This document shows positions 1-9,267 of a stretch of DNA of 64,000 nt, piece after piece. This DNA comes from an uncultured delta proteobacterium. Its GTDB lineage: Bacteria > Myxococcota > Kuafuiibacteriia > Kuafuiibacteriales > Kuafuiibacteriaceae. Made by a program: the position numbers and the translations under genes. The stretch lies in the NCBI GenBank assembly GCA_963803435.1, contig CAWDML010000001.1:352001-416000 (forward strand), given 5' to 3'. Below the pieces are notes generated by a model, which ran no database searches, was not told the DNA's origin, and was given only the letters and a program-made list of their open reading frames with translations. Positions within the stretch are counted from its first letter, which is position 1; the number at the start of each line of letters is the position of its first letter.

Positions 1-174
1 GTCGCGCCCCGCCTGGCCGAGATCCGTGTGCACGAGCGGCCCGGTGAACAGCCGCCAGACCTCGCCGTGCGCGATCCGGATGGCGTCGCCCATCGCCCAC
101 GACGGCGGCGACGCCCACCAGAAGGCGGCGGAGAGCACGAGCGCCGCCGCCGCCACGGACAGCGTGATCCGCAT
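1..174 (-). CDS. Rhomboid-family intramembrane protease, probable rhombosortase (N-terminal part; runs off window start)
   Basis: Not in the ORF track. Manual translation from ATG at 174 gives MRITLSVAAAALVLSAAFWWASPPSWAMGDAIRIAHGEVWRLFTGPLVHTDLGQAGRD, containing the rhomboid L1 'GEVWRLFTG..VH' motif. Starts 5 bp after the stop of a GlyGly-CTERM gene. Confidence 0.7.
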   Translation of the reverse strand, partial: MRITLSVAAAALVLSAAFWWASPPSWAMGDAIRIAHGEVWRLFTGPLVHTDLGQAGRD

Positions 175-179
175 GCCGC

Positions 180-2210
180 TCACCCGCGCCGGCGACGGAG
201 CCGCCACGCGAGGGGCAGCGCACCGATCATCGTGAGGATCGTGATCGGATCGAGATCGCCGCCGCCGCCACCGCCCGAGTAGCGGCGCGGGGGCTCGCTC
301 ACCGTCGGCGAGGGATCCGGCGCGGGATCGGGCGGGGCCATCGCCACCATCGTCCCCGCCCGGTTCGCCGGAGTGTCGAGCGTCTGCGTCACGACGAAGG
401 GCGAGCCGTTGCCCACGATCCTTCCCTGGTCGATCGCCAGGAACGACGTGTAGGGGGTGACGATCGCGTGCTCGAGGGCGATGCGTGTGATCGTCGCCTT
501 CGTCCGGGCGTCGGTGCGCGTGTAGTCGGACGCCATCAGATCGTCGATGGCGCGGCGGGCCCAGACGAACGCGACCCCCTCGTGCGGCTCGCCGGCGCCG
601 AGGTCGACCTCGAGCGGCACGTCCACCGGCCGGCCGGCCACGCGGCCGAGCACGTGGATCGTCTGCTTGCCCGGTGCGGTGAACTTTCCGCTCACCAGCA
701 GCGGTTGTCCCGCGTAGACGTCCGGAAGCACGCGGGGCGAGATCTCGGCGACCGAGAGCCCGCCCCAGTCGATCTCGACCCCAGTCAGGTAAGGCCGGCT
801 GGTGCGTCGCACGACCCGATCGATCGCGAGGGCTGGCGACTCGTCGACCGCGACGTAGCTGGCGAAGCCCCGCGCGCCCGAGGCCAGTCGATCGAGGAGA
901 TATCGATTCGGCGACGCGCCGACGCCGACCGGGAAGATCCGGTTGTGGGCCGCATGCTGTCCCACGGCGTTGAGGATCTGATCGTCGTTGCCGACCTCAC
1001 CGTCGGTGATGACGACGACCTGCCGCACCCGCCGCTCGCCGGGCGCCTTCAGCAGCGCCTTCGTGACCCCGCCGAGCAGCTGCGTCCCGCCGCCCGCCTC
1101 CAGGCGCCCGATCCAGGTGGAGGCCGCCTCCTTGTTCCCGTCGCTCGCCGGGACGGGATGACCGGTATAGGCCTCCGCGCTGTCGGCGAAGGAGATCACG
1201 TCGAACGTGTCCCGCGAGCCCAGGGACCGGACCAGCGACTCCGCGATCTCCCGGGCGCGCATGATCGGGATGCCGCTCATGGAGCACGAACGATCGATCA
1301 GAAGAATCACCTCGCGCGCGGTGATCTCGGACGACTCGTAGGCGAGCTTCGGCTGCACGATCAGGCTGAAGTAGCCGCCCTTCTGCTCTCGATGAGTGAG
1401 CAGCCCGACGTACGTCCGATCGCCGGCCGTGCGCCAGCGCAGCACGAAGTCCCGATCGGGCCGAACACCCGTCACCGAGACTTCGCGGGTGGCGGCGTCC
1501 AGCGTCCGCTCGGAGAGCACGTGCGACGGGCTGGTCACCTCGGCCAGCGGGACACCCGCGGCGAGCCGGACGCCGATCTGCACCTTGGTTCCGGAGGCGC
1601 CGTAGCGACCCGCTGAGACCGGCGCGGGATCCGTCGTGTCCGCCGGCAGGTAGCGGGGCCCGACCACCAGCGGAAAGACCAGCTCGTGGCCGCCGTCCTC
1701 GAAGGCGAGCTGCTCCACGTACGTGAACCGGACGCGCACCGCCTGCTTCGGCAAGATGTTCGCGACGGACTGGGTGAACACGTTCGGCTTCTGCTCTTCG
1801 ACCAGGGCCGCGGCTCGGCCGGCGCTCTTGGCGGCCTCATAGGCCCGCCGCGCCGCCTCGGCCTCGCGGATCTCGCCCTCGATCGTCCGCTCGCCCACCT
1901 GGATCCGGTAAGCGTGAACGGCCGCGCCGTCTGGCATGGGAAAGACGTAGACGGCCTCGATCGGGCGGTCGTAGGGGTTGTCGAAGACCTGCTCGACGGT
2001 GACCGTCGCGATCGGTCCGTCCACGCGGGCGTCGAAGTCGATCTCTTTGACGGGAAAGCCGACCGCCCCCTCGATCGGCTCGGCGAGCCGCAGCTCGCCG
2101 GTTTGAACCGGTACCTCGTCCAGGGCGGCCCAGGTCGACGCCCGCGCCGGTGCGGGGACGGCGAAGAGTGAAGCGAACGACAACGCTGCTGCGATTGCTC
2201 TGGCGCTCAT
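180..2210 (-). CDS. Secreted VIT + vWA domain protein with C-terminal GlyGly-CTERM-like sorting signal
   Basis: Signal peptide; VIT motif 'FDNPYDRPIEAVYVFPMP'; MIDAS 'DRSCSMSG' and 'ITDGEV'; C-terminus 'SGGGGGGDLDPITILTMIGALPLAWRLRRRRG'. Confidence 0.9.
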   Translation of the reverse strand: MSARAIAAALSFASLFAVPAPARASTWAALDEVPVQTGELRLAEPIEGAVGFPVKEIDFDARVDGPIATVTVEQVFDNPYDRPIEAVYVFPMPDGAAVHAYRIQVGERTIEGEIREAEAARRAYEAAKSAGRAAALVEEQKPNVFTQSVANILPKQAVRVRFTYVEQLAFEDGGHELVFPLVVGPRYLPADTTDPAPVSAGRYGASGTKVQIGVRLAAGVPLAEVTSPSHVLSERTLDAATREVSVTGVRPDRDFVLRWRTAGDRTYVGLLTHREQKGGYFSLIVQPKLAYESSEITAREVILLIDRSCSMSGIPIMRAREIAESLVRSLGSRDTFDVISFADSAEAYTGHPVPASDGNKEAASTWIGRLEAGGGTQLLGGVTKALLKAPGERRVRQVVVITDGEVGNDDQILNAVGQHAAHNRIFPVGVGASPNRYLLDRLASGARGFASYVAVDESPALAIDRVVRRTSRPYLTGVEIDWGGLSVAEISPRVLPDVYAGQPLLVSGKFTAPGKQTIHVLGRVAGRPVDVPLEVDLGAGEPHEGVAFVWARRAIDDLMASDYTRTDARTKATITRIALEHAIVTPYTSFLAIDQGRIVGNGSPFVVTQTLDTPANRAGTMVAMAPPDPAPDPSPTVSEPPRRYSGGGGGGDLDPITILTMIGALPLAWRLRRRRG

Positions 2211-2309
2211 CGGAGCGTCGCATGGTCAAGTCCGAGACCAACGGCGGCGGTGCGATCGACCCCCCGTGATTCCCGGAGCTTGAGTCGCGCGCGCGATCCC
2301 GCGATGAGA

Positions 2310-2340
2310 AACGAGCTTTGCACCTGCTGCGAAGCTCGTT
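2310..2340. promoter_or_regulatory. 13-bp imperfect inverted repeat between divergent genes (possible operator or hairpin)
   Basis: AACGAGCTTTGCA-cctgc-TGCGAAGCTCGTT, 16 bp upstream of the ATG at 2357. Confidence 0.4.
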
Positions 2341-2356
2341 GGACAATCGGCGCCGC

Positions 2357-3955
2357 ATGAGAGCCTCGGCGGTCGTCTTCGTCTTGCTCGCGTGGCCGCT
2401 CCGCGCCGGCGCCACCGATCTGAACGCCGATCCGGGGACGTACCACGACGTCCTCGGCCAGCTCGGTCCCGGCGATCGAATGATCCTCTCCCCCGGCGAG
2501 TATCCGGGACTCCCGATCGACGGCCTCGACGGCACCGAGCAACGCCCCATCGTCATCACGGGACCCGAGACCGGCGCGCCCGCTGTCATCACCGGGCGCG
2601 CCTGCTGCAACACCATCAGCATCAGAAACTCGAGCTACCTGGTGATCAGCCACCTCTCGGTCGACGTCCGCGGCGAGTTGGTCGACGGCCTCAAGGCCGA
2701 GGGCGACGCGACCTACGCGCACCACATCACGATCGAGCACCTCACGCTCTATGGCTTCGGCCAGGACCAGCAGATCGTCGGCATCAATACCAAGTGTCCC
2801 GCCTGGGACTGGATCATCCGTTACAACACGATCACGGGCGCCGGCACCGGTCTCTATCTCGGCGACTCTACCGGAGGCCAGCCGTTCGTCGAGGGCGTCA
2901 TCGAGTACAACCTGGTCGTGAACCCGATCGGCTACGACATGGAGATCAAGCATCAGATCGATCGGCCGGCGGGCCTGGGCATCCCGACCGACGCCGTCAC
3001 GATCATCCGCCACAATGTCTTCATCAAGGCCGAGAACGCCTCGACCGGAACCGAGGGCCGCCCCAACCTGCTGGTCGGCCACTTCCCGCCGAACGGCGAC
3101 GGCTCGAGCGATCGCTACCAGATCTACGGGAACTTCTTCTTCGAGAACCAGACCGGCACCGAGGCCCTCTTCCAGGGCGAGGGCCGCTTCACCTTCCACG
3201 ACAACATCCTCGTGAACACGTTCGGCGCCGGGATGTACGTGCAACCGCAGAATGGAGAGGTGAAGGACGTCGACATCTACCACAACACTTTCTTCGTGAC
3301 GGACAGCGCCGCCGAGATCTACGGCGGCGGCGGCTACACGCAGAACGTGGTCGCCAACGCCATCTTCTCCGGTACGGGCACCCCGCTCTCCGGCGGCGCG
3401 CAACGGGACAACGTGACCGCGCCGCTGGCGATGGCGGGCGCGTACGTCGGTGAGCCGACCCCGATGCTGGGCGTGCTCGATCTCTACCCCTCGGGAGGCG
3501 CGCTCTCCGGCGCGGCGGTGGATCTGTCGGACTTTGGCGGCGACCTCGACGTCGATCACGACTTCAACGGCACCGCCCGCGACGGCACCTGGCGCGGCGC
3601 GTACAGCGGCTCGGGCAGCAACCCCGGCTGGATGCTGGCCGAGGAGATCAAGACGTTGATGCCCGGGATGAATCCGGCCCCGGACGCGGGCTTCGACGAT
3701 GCGGGCCGCCCGATCGACGCCGGAGCCACCGCCGACGCGGGCTTCGACGACGCCGGTCGCCCGATCGACGCCGGCATGACGCCGGCAGGGGACGCCGGGC
3801 TCGACCCGAAGGACGCCCAGCCCGGCACGCGCGGGCACACCGCCGGCGGTTGCGGCTGCAGCTCGACGGAGCGCGCCGGGGGCAACCGAGCGCCCCTGCT
3901 CGTGTTCGCGGGGCTGCTGCTGCTCGTGCGCCGGAGGGTGGGGCGGATCACGTAA
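2357..3955 (+). CDS. Secreted right-handed parallel beta-helix protein with MYXO-CTERM sorting signal
   Basis: Signal peptide MRASAVVFVLLAWPLRAGA; beta-helix-like repeats ('WIIRYNTITGAGTGLYLGDS', 'IEYNLV', 'IRHNVF'); DAG-rich linker; 'GGCGCS...PLLVFAGLLLLVRRR' C-terminus. Confidence 0.8.
   Translation: MRASAVVFVLLAWPLRAGATDLNADPGTYHDVLGQLGPGDRMILSPGEYPGLPIDGLDGTEQRPIVITGPETGAPAVITGRACCNTISIRNSSYLVISHLSVDVRGELVDGLKAEGDATYAHHITIEHLTLYGFGQDQQIVGINTKCPAWDWIIRYNTITGAGTGLYLGDSTGGQPFVEGVIEYNLVVNPIGYDMEIKHQIDRPAGLGIPTDAVTIIRHNVFIKAENASTGTEGRPNLLVGHFPPNGDGSSDRYQIYGNFFFENQTGTEALFQGEGRFTFHDNILVNTFGAGMYVQPQNGEVKDVDIYHNTFFVTDSAAEIYGGGGYTQNVVANAIFSGTGTPLSGGAQRDNVTAPLAMAGAYVGEPTPMLGVLDLYPSGGALSGAAVDLSDFGGDLDVDHDFNGTARDGTWRGAYSGSGSNPGWMLAEEIKTLMPGMNPAPDAGFDDAGRPIDAGATADAGFDDAGRPIDAGMTPAGDAGLDPKDAQPGTRGHTAGGCGCSSTERAGGNRAPLLVFAGLLLLVRRRVGRIT
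3683..3774 (+). repeat. Intragenic duplication (2 x ~41 bp, period 51 bp) encoding DAGFDDAGRPIDAG
   Basis: gacgcgggcttcgacga(t/c)gc(g/c)gg(c/t)cgcccgatcgacgccgg at 3683 and 3734. Confidence 0.85.
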
Positions 3956-3979
3956 CAGGGCACGCTTCGCGGCAGTAGA

Positions 3980-6715
3980 ATGACTGGACCAATGCACAGG
4001 ACGGCGCTGGTACTGCTCCTCACGATCGTCGCCGGCGCCGCGTGCACCTCCAGGTACCCGCACGGTCGGCTGGGCGAGCGGACCGACGGCGGCACGGACG
4101 CGGACCGCGGGGGCGGGGATGGCGGAAGCATCATCGACCCAGGCGACGGCGGCGTGATCACTCCGCCCGACGGGAGCGTGGTCAACGCGATCTACGACGA
4201 CTGCCCCGACTTCGAGCACGCGCTCGAGGTCCCGATCATCGTCAACGACGAGCGCAACACGGTCACGCGCGATCCCGCCACCACTTCGTTCCTGGTGCCC
4301 TTCGCCCGCGAGGCAGCGGTCTTCTCGCTCAACAGCCTGGTGGTCCACGACGCCGACGGCAACCGGCTCCCGGCCCAGTTCGAGACCCTCTCACGGTGGG
4401 GCGGCCGGCCCGACGACTGCGGCGTCCCAATCCGCTTCGCCTATGCGCACGTCCGCGCGGCGCCCGCGCCCGGCCGCCGCGCCGACTGGTCGGTGAACAG
4501 CGAGCTCGACCCGCCGCCCGAAGAGTCGCCGCTGGTGGTCACCGAGGCGCCCTCCGCGTGGGTGATCGACACCGGTCCGGCACGCTTCACCATCGAGCGC
4601 CCCAACTTCCGCGGCCTCTCCTTGGTGGAGCTACGAGATCCGCAAGGTGACTTGCACACGGTGAGCGGTCTCGGATCGGCGGCCGGGTTCGTGGTGGTCC
4701 ATGGCGGCGAGAAGAGCACCGACGCGCTCCCTGCCTGGCACCTGGAGCTCGAGCGCAAGGGCTCGCAGGTCGTGACCGTGGGCGCGCGCGGCTACTACGC
4801 GGCCCGCGGCGGACAGCGGGACCTGGCGTACACGATCCGGCTCCACTTCACCGCGGGCAGCGCCGCGGTGAAGATCGATCACACGTACTACTACGGTGAC
4901 GTCGAGGGCTGGAATGCGGACGGCGCGTCCAACTTCACCGGCATCGATCGAGCGTATATGCACGTGCCGCTGTCCGAGCCGGTCACCGGCGTCCGCGTCC
5001 GCGGCGATCAGACGGTCCACCCGATCACGGGCGGGGCGCGCCTCGAGCAGGAGAAGCGACTTCCGGACGATCCGGAGGTCCGCTTTACGATCACCGGCGG
5101 CGGGAGCCAGCTCGAGCGCGGCGGCGCGGCGGTGCGGCCGTTCCTGTCGGTGAGCACCGCCTCCTTCGGCGTCATGGCCACAGTGGCGCGGATCGCCGAG
5201 CGCGATCCGCAGGGTCTCCGCTACGACGCCGCCACCAACGCGCTGGAGCTCGACTTCACCTCCTCGCCGATCCAGATCGGCGGCGCCCGAGGCATGTGGT
5301 CGGTCGGCGCGATCGACTTCTCGCTCGGCGCCATCGACGACGCCCGCGCCGACTCGCTGCGCCTGACGGCGGAGCGCCCGCTGCTGGGGACACCGTCGCC
5401 GGCCTACGTCGACGGGACGGATACGATCGGTCCCTATGCGCCCGAGGAGACCCCCGTGACTGCGCCCCTGTTCGCCGCGCTGGCCGAGATCCACGCGAAC
5501 ACCAGGCAGTACCTCTCGGACCTGCGCATCACCGGGATCCAGATCTGGCCGGACCTGCCGTCGACCTCGTGCTTCGTCGACTTCGACTGTGACTCCGCGA
5601 TGCAGGAGTACTTCGAAGGCGGACAGAACAACTACTGGAACTGGTCGAAGCCTGGCGTCGACGAGTTCTTCCGCACCGGGAACAACGACGACCTCTACGA
5701 CTTCTCGCTGGGCGAGGCGACCACCTACGCCGAGACCATCGCGATCCGCACCTACCACGACCGCCCCGAGGACTCGTCGGTGACCGGCCTCGCCCCCTGC
5801 TACGGCAGCTCGCGCGGCTTCTCGGGCGACTTCATCGAGGGCCTCAACAACCGCCGCGACAACTGCCCGGCCGACTACTCCTATTCGAAGACGCTCAAGG
5901 TCGCGTACCTCGCCACCGGCGATCGGCGGTTCGCAGACTACTTCGAGGAGGCGGGCATCGGCGCGATCAACGCGTTCGGCGAGCCTCCGCTCAACCCCGA
6001 TCCGTACCTCGAGCTCAACCTGACGCGCCTGTCCGAGCAGCGGCTGGAGAACCTGTCGAACGGCGCCGAGTTCGCCCGCGATCCGGAGATCGGAGACCGC
6101 CTGCGCCAGAAGCTCACCGACTACGTCAACTTCATGCTGGGCCGCGCGCTCATCGATGGCCACGCCTGCGACACCGCCGCCAGCGGAGAGAACGACGCCC
6201 GCCGGATCGGCCGGTGCAGCAGCATCCCGGGCTGGATGGCCCCGGTGCCGCTGGAGTGGGCGCTCCGGACTGCGCGGATCCTGAGCCACCCGGCGCTCCA
6301 CACGTGGGTCATGCGGCACGGCGAGCAGTCGGCCCGCAACATGACCGTGGTCGGCGCCGGCGGGCTGCCGGACATCTCCCAGGCGATGGGGCCCCAGGGC
6401 TGGCGCAGCGGCTACCAGTGCGACACCAACAGCGACGGTGTCGTCGACTCGAGCTGCGTGCGCTACACCACCGGCGAGAACGACAGCTACTACTACCAGG
6501 ACGGGATGATCGCGTTCCTCAACGTCTTCGGCCTGGTGCTCTCCGCCGATCGGAGCGACCCGCAGCACATCTGCGACTGGCTCCCCGACGCCTGGTCCTC
6601 GCGGATCGCCACCGTGGCCAGCGGCGAGATCAACGAGAGGATCTGGGGCAAGGCCTCGGGCCAGGCGTTCGGCATGGCGGAGGAGACCGCCGGCGCGCTA
6701 GCCCGCTGCCCGTAA
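3980..6715 (+). CDS. Large lipoprotein, possibly PcRGLX/YetA-like (exo-rhamnogalacturonan lyase-like fold)
   Basis: Lipobox 'IVAGAAC'; 'RLPAQFETLSRW' and 'VIDTGPARFTI' resemble the N-terminal barrel of YetA/PcRGLX-like proteins; helical Tyr/Trp-rich C-terminal half. Family call tentative. Confidence 0.5.
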   Translation: MTGPMHRTALVLLLTIVAGAACTSRYPHGRLGERTDGGTDADRGGGDGGSIIDPGDGGVITPPDGSVVNAIYDDCPDFEHALEVPIIVNDERNTVTRDPATTSFLVPFAREAAVFSLNSLVVHDADGNRLPAQFETLSRWGGRPDDCGVPIRFAYAHVRAAPAPGRRADWSVNSELDPPPEESPLVVTEAPSAWVIDTGPARFTIERPNFRGLSLVELRDPQGDLHTVSGLGSAAGFVVVHGGEKSTDALPAWHLELERKGSQVVTVGARGYYAARGGQRDLAYTIRLHFTAGSAAVKIDHTYYYGDVEGWNADGASNFTGIDRAYMHVPLSEPVTGVRVRGDQTVHPITGGARLEQEKRLPDDPEVRFTITGGGSQLERGGAAVRPFLSVSTASFGVMATVARIAERDPQGLRYDAATNALELDFTSSPIQIGGARGMWSVGAIDFSLGAIDDARADSLRLTAERPLLGTPSPAYVDGTDTIGPYAPEETPVTAPLFAALAEIHANTRQYLSDLRITGIQIWPDLPSTSCFVDFDCDSAMQEYFEGGQNNYWNWSKPGVDEFFRTGNNDDLYDFSLGEATTYAETIAIRTYHDRPEDSSVTGLAPCYGSSRGFSGDFIEGLNNRRDNCPADYSYSKTLKVAYLATGDRRFADYFEEAGIGAINAFGEPPLNPDPYLELNLTRLSEQRLENLSNGAEFARDPEIGDRLRQKLTDYVNFMLGRALIDGHACDTAASGENDARRIGRCSSIPGWMAPVPLEWALRTARILSHPALHTWVMRHGEQSARNMTVVGAGGLPDISQAMGPQGWRSGYQCDTNSDGVVDSSCVRYTTGENDSYYYQDGMIAFLNVFGLVLSADRSDPQHICDWLPDAWSSRIATVASGEINERIWGKASGQAFGMAEETAGALARCP

Positions 6716-6782
6716 CCGCGCATTTTGCCCCCAACGCTTCCGCCGTCCCGCCGAGAACCGATCCGACGATCATGGGCGGGGC

Positions 6783-8619
6783 CTAATCGAGGTCGAACGC
6801 GCCCTGATAATCCACGCGAAGTGTTCGATCCTGGCGCTCCTTGGCGAGCACGCAGCGGCCCACCGCCAGGAGGTCGAGCTCGGTCCCCATGAAGCAGCGG
6901 AAGGCGTCGGTCGGCGTGCACACGATCGGCTCGCCGCGGACGTTGAAGCTGGTGTTGATGATGACCGGACAACCCGTGAGCGCCTTGAAGCGCGCCAGCA
7001 ACCGGTGATAGCGCGGATGCGTCTGTTCGTGGACCGTCTGGATCCGCGCCGAGTAGTCGACGTGCGTGACCGCCGGTATGTCCGACCGCAGGACCTTGAG
7101 CTTCTCGATCCCGAAGAGCTGCTCCTCCTCGTCGCTCATCCTCCGCTGGCGCTCCTTCTTCACCTCGGCGACCAGCAGCATGTAGGGGCTGTCGGCGTCG
7201 AGCTCGAACCAGTCGGCGACGTCCTCTCTGAGCACCGAGGGGGCGAAGGGTCGAAACGACTCACGGTACTTCACCTTGAGGTTCAACACCGACTGCATCT
7301 TGGGGGAGCGCGCGTCGCCCAGGATCAATCGCCCGCCCAGCGCGCGCGGGCCGTACTCCATTCGACCCTGCATCCAGCCGACGGCCTGCTCCGCCGCCAG
7401 CGCGCCCGCCACGCGGTCGATCATCTGGTCCTCCGACAGCACCTCGTAGACCGCTCCGGCCCGGGTGAGCTCCGCCTCAATCTCCTCGTCGGAGAACTCG
7501 GGTCCGAGATACCCGCCCTTCATCCGGTCCCCCGGTCCGGCCGGAGCGCGCGGCTGCCCTTCGAGCAGGTGGTGCGCGATCAGCGCCGCGCCCACCGCGC
7601 CGCCCGCGTCGCCCGCCGCGGGCTGGATCCAGATGCCCTCGAAGCAGCCGTCCCGCAGGATCTTGCCGTTCGCCACGCAGTTGAGCGCGACACCGCCCGC
7701 GAGACAGAGGTTCTTCATCCCCGTCTCCCTGGCCAGCGCGCGCGCCTGCCGGAGCATCACCTCCTCGCAGACCACCTGGATCGACGCCGCCAGGTCCATC
7801 TCACGCTGGGACACCGGGGCCTCGGGCGCTCGCGGCGGACCGCCGAAGAGCGCGTGGAAGCGTTCGCTCGTCATCCGCAGGCCGGTGCAATAGTCGAAGT
7901 ACCCCAGGTCGAGCCGAAATGATCCGTCGTCCTTCAAATCGATCAGATTGATCGAGGATCGTCTGCGCGTGGAGTGGCCGCCCGTACGGCGCCAGCCCCA
8001 TGACCTTGTACTCGCCCGAGTTGACCTTGAAGCCGGTGTAGTAGGTGAACGCGGAGTAGAGGAGCCCCAGCGAGTGCGGAAAATGGATCTCCTTGTAGAT
8101 CTCGAGCGAGCTCCCTCGGCCGATGCTCGCGGAGGTCGTGGTCCACTCGCCCACGCCGTCCATCGTCAGGACCACGGCCTCGTCGAACGGCGAGGGGAAG
8201 AACGCGCTCGCCGCGTGGCTCTGGTGGTGCTCGGCGAACAGGAGCTCGCGGTCGACGTCGAACTCCGGGAAGTGCTTGGCGAGCTGTTTCTTCAGCAGGT
8301 TCTTCTGGAACAGCTTCTCGCGCAGCCAGATCGGCATCGCCATCCGGAACGAGTTGAAGCCGCGCGGCGCGAAGGCCAGGTAGGTCTCGAGCAGGCGCTC
8401 GAACTTGAGGAAGGGCTTGTCGTAGAAGGCGATGCGGTCGACCTCGGAGATCGCGATCCTGGCCTCGCCGAGACAGTACGCGATCGACCGTTGAGGGAAG
8501 CGCGCGTCGTGCTTCTTCCGGGAGAAGCGCTCCTCCTGCGCGGCCGCGACGATCTCGCCGTCCACCACCAGCGCCGCCGCGCTGTCGTGGTAGAACGCGG
8601 AGATACCGAGGATCTTCAT
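6783..8619 (-). CDS. Carbamoyltransferase (NodU/CmcH/SxtI family), +1 frameshift near 7948
   Basis: 'MKILGISAFYHDSAAAL', 'EHHQSHAASAF', 'GEYKVMGLAPYG', 'AGGVALNCVANG', 'KVKYRESFRPFAP', 'NTSFNVRGEP'. The two ORFs join if one base is removed from ctc-gat-c-aat-ctg. Confidence 0.93.
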
Positions 8620-8626
8620 CGCCGGC

Positions 8627-8776
8627 TCAGAACAACGTGTAGACGAAAGGGGCGATCGCGGAGCCGTGCGCGAGGAGGAGCAGGCCGCCGAAGATCACCA
8701 GCATGACGACGATCGGGAGCAGCCAGAACTTCTTCCGCTCCCGCAAAAAGGCCCACATCTCGCTCAGAAAATCCAT
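8627..8776 (-). CDS. DUF5989 family small membrane protein (SxtK-like), 49 aa
   Basis: Manual translation: MDFLSEMWAFLRERKKFWLLPIVVMLVIFGGLLLLAHGSAIAPFVYTLF; characteristic 'RKKFWLLP...APFVYTLF'. Confidence 0.9.
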   Translation of the reverse strand: MDFLSEMWAFLRERKKFWLLPIVVMLVIFGGLLLLAHGSAIAPFVYTLF

Positions 8777-8786
8777 CGGGGTAGCC

Positions 8787-9212
8787 TCAGAACTGGCGTC
8801 GCATGCTCTCGGGCGAGGGACCGGGTGGCTTGCGCTCGATCCAGTAGCTCGACGCCCTCGCGTCGAAGCGGCGAGCCAGCCCGTCCTTTCCCAGCGCGCG
8901 CATCAACAGGGCGATCGGCGTGATCGTGAAGAAGAAGAGCAGCGCCATCACGATCGGGTTGACGACGCTGGCGAGCAGCAGCCCGAGCTTCGTCCAGACC
9001 CGGTTGAGCGGCCCGAGCCAGCGCGGCCTGACGACGGCGAGCGCGAGAAAAGACGCAGCCGCGATCAGCGCCCACGGGCGCGCCTCGCCGGCGCGAAGGA
9101 GCGGCGAGAGCCCGTAGATCGACAGCACGACGGAGAGGGTCAGGCCGAACGCACGGTCCGAGCTCCCCTCGATCGGCTCCTTGGGCGCGAAGTCTTCGTG
9201 CGTGGCTGCCAA
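8787..9212 (-). CDS. SxtJ family membrane protein
   Basis: 'SSDRAFG...PLNRVWTKLGLLLASVVNPIVMALLFFFTITPIALLMRALGKD...SYWIER...MRRQF'; TTG start inferred at 9212. Confidence 0.88.
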   Translation of the reverse strand: MAATHEDFAPKEPIEGSSDRAFGLTLSVVLSIYGLSPLLRAGEARPWALIAAASFLALAVVRPRWLGPLNRVWTKLGLLLASVVNPIVMALLFFFTITPIALLMRALGKDGLARRFDARASSYWIERKPPGPSPESMRRQF

Positions 9213-9267
9213 GGGCCCAGCCTTAGCAAAAAAGCCGCGACCAGGCGACCAGGTTTGCCGCCGGGGC

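Noticed and set aside
6783-9212. Saxitoxin biosynthesis
   Set aside because: Only the widespread sxtI/J/K-like module is present; no sxtA, sxtG or other core genes.
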